From: Scenedesmus sp. PABB004
Lineage: Eukaryota
Direction of reading: 5' to 3'
DNA length: 64,000 bases
NCBI GenBank assembly: GCA_014905635.1
Contig: CM026548.1
Coordinates: 1,426,001-1,490,000 of the forward strand
The position numbers were made by a program, and so were the translations under genes. Position 1 is the first letter of the stretch. Each line of letters opens with the position of its first letter. Shown here one piece after another: positions 56,038 through 64,000 of this stretch. The notes beneath the pieces are model-generated. The model searched no databases and was not told the origin of the DNA. It worked only from the letters and a program-made list of their open reading frames with translations.

Positions 56038-57953
56038 GGCGGCGACGGGGCCCGCTGAGGGAGCGCGCGCGCGCGGGGGCGGGCGGGCGGCGGCGGGGGC
56101 GCGGCGCGGGGCCGGGGCGGCGCGCGCGCCCGCGCGCGCGCCGCGCACCTCCGGCACGCCCGGGGAGCAATAGTGGAGGCAGTCGTTCGGCGCGTCCGGC
56201 ATCTCGGGCGACCACGCGCGCCCCACATGCGCCTCGTGCAGCGGGAGCGAGGCGTTGAATGCAGGGACGACCGGCACGCCAAAGCTGGCCAGGATCTCGT
56301 TGGCCACGCCCGCCGTGGTCACGCCGAGCTCCCAGGCCAGACCGCTGTCCACCTTGGCCGCTGGGTCGAGCGACCACGCGCCCGTGCTGGGCGAGAACTG
56401 AAAGCCTGGCTCGCGCGGCGCGGCGCGGCGCGGCGCGGCGGCGCGGCGGTCGCCACGCGCAGGCGGCGCGGCGGCGCTGCCGCCTGCCTGCCTCCCTGCC
56501 CCCGCGCGCCGGCCCGGCGTGGCGCGCGCACCCTGCGCCGCCTGGCAGCCCGCGCCCGACTTGTCCCGGCGGTGCGTGGCGGGGCTCTCGCGGAAGAGCA
56601 GGTGGGGCCACTCGCCGCGCGTCGACTGTGGGGCGGTGCCGGGCGCGCTCAGCGCGCGCGCGCTCGGCGGCGGCGGCGCGCGGGGCGCGTGTGCGCGGCG
56701 TGCCTGGGTGTATCCGCCGAGGGCGTAGAGCGCGGGGCGGTAGGACTCCCACGCCTCGGCCGACTTGGCGTGCCAGAGGCCAAAGTTGACATAAAAAATG
56801 TCCTCCGGCGCCGCAAAGCGCGCGCGCAGCAGCGGCAGCACGCCGTCGTGCGGGAGCTGCGCAGGCGCGGGCGGGCGTGTGTGGGCGGCGGGCGGCAAGA
56901 AGCGGACGGCGTGGGTGGGGCGGGCGCGCGGCGCGCGCGCTGCGGGCGGCCAGCAAGCACCGCGCTGCGCCGCCGCCGGGGCGCGCTGCCCATGCGCCGC
57001 GCACCTGCTTGTTGTTCACCAGCGACGTTCCCAGCACCACCTGCACCATGCACACGCGGCCGCCGGCGGGGCCGAGCAGGTGGAAGCACTTTGCCTGCCC
57101 TGGCCGGAGCGGCAGATTGTACAGCTCCTGCGGGGCGGGGCGGGAGGGCGCGGCGCCCCGCCGCCGCGGGCTGCTCAGCGCGCCGCTCTGCCGCACGGGG
57201 GGTGCGGCTGCGGGCGCTGCGCGCACCGCACCTGCACCGCCTGCGCGTCCGTGCTGGGCTCACACTCCTGGTGGTCCCTGCAAGTGGTGCGGCGGGGCGG
57301 TCAGAGCGCTGCAGCGGAGGCCCGCAGCTGCTGCCTGTCTGCCAGCCGGCCCCAGCACGTGCTCCCAGCCAGCCAGGCCACGCCCGCGCCCGCGGGGCGC
57401 CCACCAGAAATCTATCAGGAAGCACTGCAGCGCGCGGTAGAGCGTCTTGCTGTGGCTGTCGCCGAGCAGCCACAGCGTGCGGCCCTGCAGGAACGGCGCC
57501 AGCTGGCACGGCGACAGACGCAGCGCCTCGCCGCCCAGGCTGCGCGCCATCTCTGCGGCGCCGGGGCGGCGGCGCGGGCGGCGCGCGATGGGCCCGCGAC
57601 CAGGCCCGCGACCAGGCTGGTGCCGCGTGGCGCGCGCACCAATGCTGCGGTCAGTCTGCGCCTGCGTGCAGATGCCCCAGTAGTTGTTGGGCCGGAACGC
57701 GCAGCGCTGGCCCCTGCGCGGCGTGGGCGAACGGCGTGGGCGAGCGCGGCGGCGGCTGCACCGGGCGGCGGTGAGCGCGGGCGCACCACTCGTCGCTGCG
57801 GCTCTGGCAGCCGCTGGTGCAGCGCTCGACGGCGCCGCCGAACAGCAGCGGCTTGCCGCCGCTGAAATACGTCGCCGGGCACGCCTGCGCGTTCGCCAGC
57901 GCCAGCGCGCTCAGGAGCAGCACCGCCACCTGTACCAGGCCCGAGGGAGCCAT
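55872..57953 (-). CDS. TBL/PC-esterase (SGNH) family polysaccharide O-acetyltransferase-like protein, paralog A; about 9 exons
   Basis: Signal peptide; GRTLWLLGDSH, VNFGLWH, LLFRESPATH, DCLHYCSPGVPE|LW. Confidence 0.8.
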
Positions 57954-58456
57954 GGCCGGGGCGCGCGCCCGGCCGGCGGGGCCGAGCCGCCCACCGCTGC
58001 TGCTGCCGCCGCCGCGTCCCACCGCCGCCGCCCGGCCGACGCGCCGCGCTGAGGCGGCCATAGGCACGCGGGTGGCGCGGTGGGAACTGCGCCTGGCGGA
58101 GCTGCGGGCGGCCCTGAGCGGAGCGCGGAGGGCTGGCAGCGGCGGCTGCCCCCGCGCGGCGCTAGGGCACGCGCTTGGCTGCCCGCCCCGCTGCGATTCA
58201 CTAGCTGAGTTGCGGTCGCGCGGTGGCGGTCGAATGCGGGACGAGCGGCGCAGCGCCGTCACCACCGGTTACGCCGCTGCTGGTGACGCCGCAAAAAGTT
58301 CCGCACAGGGCGCTCCTCTCGTGGCCTACTATAGCTGCTCGACACACGCACGGCCCTGGCCGGCGCGTCGCCCGCTGCGGCGCCCGCTGCGGCGCCCCGC
58401 TGCGGCGCACGCTGCGGCGCGCGCCGCCCCCGCCGCACGTCCACCCCCGCCCCCGT

Positions 58457-58600
58457 AATCAATCAGTCCTCCGTAAGAGCTCAAGCCTGGTCAAACGTAT
58501 GCGACAGGTGGGTCAAAACATTGGTGGTGGGGGTGCACAGGCACCCCCACTGCCCACTTGGGCTCCAAGGGATGCGTCATCGGGTCGGGTCACCGAGCCC
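58457..58600 (-). mobile_element. Possible short 3' end of a non-LTR (RTE-like) element with a (GATT) tail
   Basis: Lower-GC island with hairpins (ggggtgc-acag-gcacccc), ending ...ggactgattgatt on the minus strand. No clear target-site duplication. Confidence 0.3.
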
Positions 58601-58786
58601 CCTCCGCGCTGGGTGCATCGCGCCGCTGGCGTGCGCATGCTCAGGCCTCCGTCAACCGCTGCAGTTTATTTGATGCGTGCCAGGGACGGCGGTGCGTCCA
58701 GTCCTGCCGCCACTCGGCGGCCCGGCGGGGGCATGCGATTGCGCATGCGTTCCAGTGCTCCGCGAGGGCTGCCGCGCACGAGCGCC

Positions 58787-61061
58787 TCAAAATGCGTTGT
58801 TGGAGGGCACACAGACGTACCGTGCATATGGGCTGCTCCGGCCCCACGCCACCGCTGCAGCCTGCTGCTTGGCGCCGGCGCCGGCCGCGCCAGCCGCGCC
58901 CGCCGCGCCCGCCGCGCCCGCGCGCGACGCGAGTCGCCGCCGCCCGGCCGCGCCAAACTCCAAGGCCTGGATGCCCGACAGGCCATCCCTGAAGGCCTTG
59001 TACATGTACCAAATCCACGTCTGCGAGCGCGGCGCGGCCGTGAGCGCGTGGAGCGACCGGGGCGGCGCGCGGGGGTCCCGCGGCGGGCCCGCCTGCCCCC
59101 CGGTGACCTCGGGCACGCCGGGGTTGCAGTAGTGGAGGCAGTCGCCGCTGCTCATCACGTTGCCAATGTGGTTGGACCCCAGCGCGACCTGCGCGCGCGG
59201 CGGCGGCGTCGCGCGGCGTCGGCGCCGCGCGGCGTTGACCAAGGCTGCGCGCGCGGCGCGCGCCCTGCGCCCTGCGGCTGGCGCTGCGCTCACGCTGATG
59301 TTGAAGCCCGGGAGAATGGGCACCCCGTACCTGGCGGGGCGGGCGGGCGGCGTGGGCGCCAGAGTGCCGCTGGGTGGCGCTGCCGCCGGCGCGTGCGCGC
59401 GGCAGGCCCTGGCCCGCCCCGGCACGCGCGCGTGGCGCGCACCTCTCGAGCACGCGCGTCGCGATCCGGTTTAAGCTTGCGCCGCTGCTCCAGCCGCTCA
59501 TTTCTTGCGCGGCGTCGACGCGCGCGGCCGCGTTGACCTCCAGCGCGCCGCTCTCGGGCCGGTACACCCAGCCTGCGCAGCGGCGGCGGCGGCGGCGGCG
59601 GCCACGGCAGCGGCGCGGGGCGTGACGGCGCGCGCTCGCAACCACAGGCCTGGCCGGGGTCTGCGCCGCGCGCCGCCGCCGCACCGCTCATCGCTGCGCA
59701 CGCGCCGCCGTCCTTGGGGTGCTCGGCGGGCGTTTCACGAAAGAGCAGGTGCGGCCACTGCTCGCGCGTGGCCTGCACACCCAAATGCACGGGGGCGGCG
59801 TGTGCGCGGGTCGGTCCCTTACCCCGGCCGCTGCGCGGCGCGGCGCCCGCGGCTGCACCAGTGCGTGCTGCTGCGCCGCGCGTGGGGCAGCGGGCCGGCG
59901 AGCGCCCACCTGGTAGTTCTGTCCCAGCGCCTCGAGAGCCGGCGCCAGCGCGTCGTACCAGGCGGGGCTCTTCTTGTGCCACACACCTGCGACGGAACAT
60001 GGGTGCCGGGGCTAAGGGCTCGGGGGGCTCAAGGGCGTGTGCCGGTGTGCAAGCATAAACGTGGCTGTGCGCGGCGCGGGGCGGCACAGCGCTGGCGGCG
60101 GCACGGCGCAGCACTGGCCGTGGCGCGCTCACCCATGTTGATACTGACGATGTCGCGGCGACGCATGAAGCGCGCGCGCAGCAGCGGCAGCACGCCGCCG
60201 TCGGCCACCTGCGCGTGGCGGCGGCTGGTCGTGGGGCCGCCGCGCCGGCCGGGGCGCGGCGGCGCGCGGCGGCGGGCGCGCCCGCCGCGCACCTGGGAGT
60301 TGTTGAGCAGGCTCGTGGCGAGCACCACGTGCACCATGCACACGCGGCCGCCGCCGGGGCCGAGCAGGTGGAAGCAGTTGGCTTGGCCCGGCGCCACGGG
60401 CAGATCGTACAGCTCCTGCGGGTGCGCCCCGTGGCGGCCTCAGCGCCGCCCTGCCGCGTTGGCGGGCGCTGCTCGCACTGTCTTCCTGCGCCGCACCTGC
60501 ACCGCCTGCGCGTCCGTGCTGGGCTGGCACTCCTGGTGGTCCCTGCAAGGGGCACAGCGGTCAGAGCGCTGCGGCGGAGACCCGCAGCGAGCTGCCTGCT
60601 GGCCAGCCAGGCGGCCCCAGCTCGTGCTCCCAGCCGGCCAGGCCATGCCCGCGCCCGCGGGGCGCCCACCAGAAGTCTATCAGGAAGCACTGCAGCGCGC
60701 GGTAGAGCGTCTTGCTGTGGCTGTCGCCGAGCAGCCAGAGCGTCCGATAGCGCAGGAAGCGCACAAACTCGCAGGGCGACAGCTCCGCAGCTTCGCCGCC
60801 GCCCAGCGTGCGCCCGAGGGCCAGGCTCGCGTTGCGCTGCGCCTCGTCGCAGATGCCCCAGGCGGTTCCAGGCGTGAACGAGCAGAGGCGCCCCCAGTAG
60901 TCGTCGCGGCGCTGGCAGCCCTCGCGGCAACGCTCGCCGGCGCCTCCGAACAGCAGCGGCGGCTCGCCCGGCCGGTACATGCGGCCGCAGTCACCCAGCT
61001 GCGCGGCGCTGGGGACCACCAGGGCGCCCAGGGCCGCCAGTACGAGCGCCGCCGGCGCCAT
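58787..61061 (-). CDS. TBL/PC-esterase (SGNH) family protein, paralog B; about 10 exons
   Basis: Signal peptide; RTLWLLGDSH, INMG|VWH, LLFRETPAEH, DCLHYCNPGVPE|TW. Clearly homologous to 55872-57953. Confidence 0.8.
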
Positions 61062-61664
61062 GGGCGAGCCGCGCACGCACCGCCGGCGCCGGTGACGCTG
61101 CTGCTGCCGTCAGACCGCCCGCAGCCCCTCCCAGCGCGCGCGGCTGGCCCGCGCGATGCCGGGTACAGCCCCCCGCACTACGGCTGAGGTGAGGCGGCTA
61201 ATGGCGGCGCAATTCGCGGAGTTTCGGGGGAAGCGGAGTCACCGGCGCGGCGGCGGCTAGGGCGCACGGCGCTCAGGCGCGCACTTGGCCGCCCTGCCCG
61301 GCGAGTTGCGTGTGATTGGTTTCGCGGGCGTGTGCGGGGCGGCTCAGGACGAACCGGGCAAGGCACCTGTTGCCGCTGCGTCGTGGGTTCAGACCGGCGG
61401 TCTGACTGGTGAGTCGATGCGCGCAGGGCTCCACCGCACGGGCTAAGCGTGCCGCTTGGGAGGCCTGTCGGGAGCGTCAAAACACTGCGGGCGGCCTGCG
61501 GCCACTCGGCGCCGCCGCTCGCGCTCCGCTGCTCGCGCTCCGCTGCTCTCCCAGCGCCTCGCCGCGCCCTGTGCCCGGCCCTGCTTTCTACGTTCAGCAT
61601 CGCAGCCGGGCGAGGCGCCAGACGGGCGGTGCCACGCCCGCGCAGCTCGCGCGCGAGAGTCAAC

Positions 61665-62820
61665 ATGGGCGCAGAGGCGTCAACAGCTCGCGCGGAGGCG
61701 CGCGCGGAGGAGCTGGCGCTCGTGACCGCGGTGCTGGCCGGGGACGCGACGGTGGGCGGGCCGGGGGCGCCGGCCGCTGCCGGCTGCGCGCGCGGCGGCG
61801 GCGGCGGCCCCGACGCAGCGGCGTGGCCGCGCTGCTGCACGCGCGCAGGCCGCGGCGGCGGCGCTCGACGCCGCGCCCGCGCTCGTGTGGAGCCACAGCC
61901 GCGCGGGGGAGAACCTCTGGCACTTTGCCGCGCGCGGCGGCGACCCGGCCGTGCTCGCGCTCGTCGCAGTGGCCGCGGCGGCGGCCGCGCGCGGGCAGGG
62001 CTTGCAGGGCCGGCTGCTTGCGGGGCTCAGCGCCGGCTTCAACTCGGTCAACATTGCGGTCAACTCGGTCAACACCGTGCTGAGCGGCGCGGTGCCGCTG
62101 CCCGTGCCCTCGCTGCCCATGAGCGGCTCCGTCGACGTCAACGCCGCCACCCGCGACGGTGCAGGCGGGGCCTGCGCCCCCTTCCCTCCCCGCATCGGCA
62201 GCGGCGTGCCACGCACGACGCACGCGCGCACCGCATGCGCTGACCCCCCCCCCCCCCCTGGCGCCGCCGCCAGGCGAGACTCCCCTCATGGCTGCGGTGC
62301 TGGCGGGGCGCCCGGGCGCGCTCGGCCCGCTGCTGGATGCGGGCGCAGACGCGCTGCGCATGGACAATGTCGGCCGGACCGCGCTGCACCACGCCGCGTG
62401 GGCGGGCGACGCCGCGAGCGCGCGCGCGCTGCTGGCGCACGCGGAGGAGCGCGGGACGCTGGCGCGGCTCGTCGAGGCGACGACCGGCACGGGGCTCACG
62501 CCGCTGCACCACGCCGCTTGGCGCGGCCACGCAGACCTGGTCAAGCTGCTGGTGCGCTGCCGGCGCCGCGGGCCTCACCGTCCCCTTCGCATCACCCTCC
62601 CTCTCCCTCTCCCTCTCCCTCAGCAGGCCTGCCCGCCGCCCCGCGCGGCCGCGCAGGTCAACGCGGGCGCGCCTCTGGCCGCGGCGTCGACGCTCGACAC
62701 CATGGGTGAGGTCGCGGCCAACGGGGGCAGCACGCCGCTGCACCTCGCCGCGATGAGGGGCGAGGTGGGCGTGGCGTGGCTGCTGCTGCGCGCGAATGCA
62801 AAGCTCATGGCCCTGGCGGC

Positions 62821-62859
<39 letters not shown>

Positions 62860-63930
62860 GGCCCTGGCGGACGCGCGCGGGTGCGCCGGCGACCTGCGGC
62901 GGCTGCCCGACCGATACAACAAGACGCCCGCCACACTCGCCTGGGATATGCAGCGGTGCGCCGCGGTCGCGCGCGGCAGCGCGGCCGGCGCGACTCCGCT
63001 GGGGCGGCGCGCGGCGCAGGGGGCAGGCAGCGCCCCGCTCACGCCCACCCGCCCGCCGCGGGCGCGGCCGGGCGCCGCGCAGCTCCGACCTGGGCCTCGT
63101 CCTGGACCCAGCCACGCCGCTGGAGCAGGCCATCGAGCTGGCCGGCAGTGCTGCGAAGAGGGCGCGGCATGCGGACAAGGCGGGCGGCCTGCGCCGCAGC
63201 GGCAGCAGCCGGCGGCGCACGCCCGGCGACGCGGCGGCGGACGCGGGCCCCGCCACGCCGGCGACCGCCGGGCGGCAGGCGGGCGGCGGCAGCGAGGGCA
63301 CAGCGGCCGACCTGGCGCGCCTGGCGCTGGGCAGGACCGGCAGCGCGCGGGGCCACGGCGCCGCCGCCGCCGGCGGCGGCGCTGGCAGCCCCGGCGCTGG
63401 CAGCCCCGGCGCTGGCAGCCCCGGCGCTGGCGCCATCTACCTGCCACCGCCCCGCCCGCGCGCCGGGCGCGGCGCGGCGAGCGCCGACGGCGCCGCGCCC
63501 CAGCCCGACGCGGGCGCGGACGAGTTTGGCAGCTTTGCGAGCGCGCCTGCGCCCGCGCCTGCCGTGCCCTTGCCCGCGCCGCCCGCGGGCGCCGGCGGCG
63601 GGTCGGAGCCGCCGCAGGGCCTCGTGTGCCCAATCACGGGCGAGGTGTTCCGGGACCCCGTGCGCGCGAGCAACGGCGCCGCGTACGAGCGCGATGCGAT
63701 TGAGGTGCGGCGGCGCGCGCTGGTCGACGGCGGCAGCGGCGCGCGCTGGTCAACGGCGGCGTCCCGTTACCCAGCGCCCGCCGCCGCGCCGTCGCCCGCA
63801 GACGTGGTTCGCGCTGGGCAACAGCCAGTTCCCGGGCGGCCGCGGGCACATCGAGCACGAGCGCCTGGCGCCCGCCGACGACGTGCGCGCCGCGGCTGCC
63901 GAGTGGCGCGCCGCCGCCGCCGGGCGCTGA
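61665..63930 (+). CDS. Ankyrin-repeat / U-box E3 ubiquitin ligase with a putative N-myristoylation site; about 6 exons
   Basis: MGAEAS; ETPLMAA, RTALHHAA, LTPLHHAA, STPLHLAA; U-box PPQGLVCPITGEVFRDPV..SNG..YERDAIE|TWF. Confidence 0.85.
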
Positions 63931-64000
63931 GGAGCGGCGGCGCACAAGAGGAGAGAGCAGGGGGGTGGGCTGGGCGTCTAGATAGGCCTGTGCATAGCTG

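Noticed and set aside
58470..58500. tttgaccaggcttgag (minus strand) resembling HEARO/omega-RNA, and cgtatgcga resembling group II intron domain V
   Set aside because: The matches are too short, the required helices are absent, and there is no IscB/TnpB/Fanzor or maturase ORF nearby.
1..64000. tRNA, rRNA or snRNA genes; alternative genetic code
   Set aside because: No recognisable structural RNA was seen by eye (a covariance search was not run). Conserved genes translate and terminate normally with the standard code.

Overview
Extremely GC-rich (visually ~80%), gene-dense, intron-rich eukaryotic nuclear DNA. It is most consistent with a chlorophycean green alga; this is inferred from splice signals, codon style and gene content. 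Most long ORFs in the supplied track are artefacts of the GC content. Manual splicing gives about 17 genes: a partial low-complexity protein, a PYG-motif protein, RPS15, a bacterial-type YfiC-like tRNA m6A methyltransferase, a CxFxP-repeat protein, a LIN37-like protein, an EEF1AKMT4/METTL13-like methyltransferase, a giant tail-anchored coiled-coil (golgin-like) protein, a hypothetical protein with two alternative last exons, an ankyrin/malonyl-CoA:ACP transacylase fusion, CCT1, glucosylceramide synthase, an RlmD/TrmA-like RNA m5U methyltransferase, a large REJ-domain surface protein, two tandem TBL/PC-esterase paralogs and an ankyrin/U-box E3 ligase. An ~8.9 kb array of ~51 copies of a 172-bp satellite abuts a probable LINE 3' remnant. 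The most notable observations are the ankyrin-AT fusion (a candidate trans-acting acyltransferase), the polarised 172-bp satellite, frequent AG|GC splice donors, the alternative terminal exons, acidic Trp motifs in the golgin-like protein and a gene-conversion tract between the paralogs. Four single-base frameshifts look like consensus errors. All calls come from reading the sequence by eye; no database searches were run.
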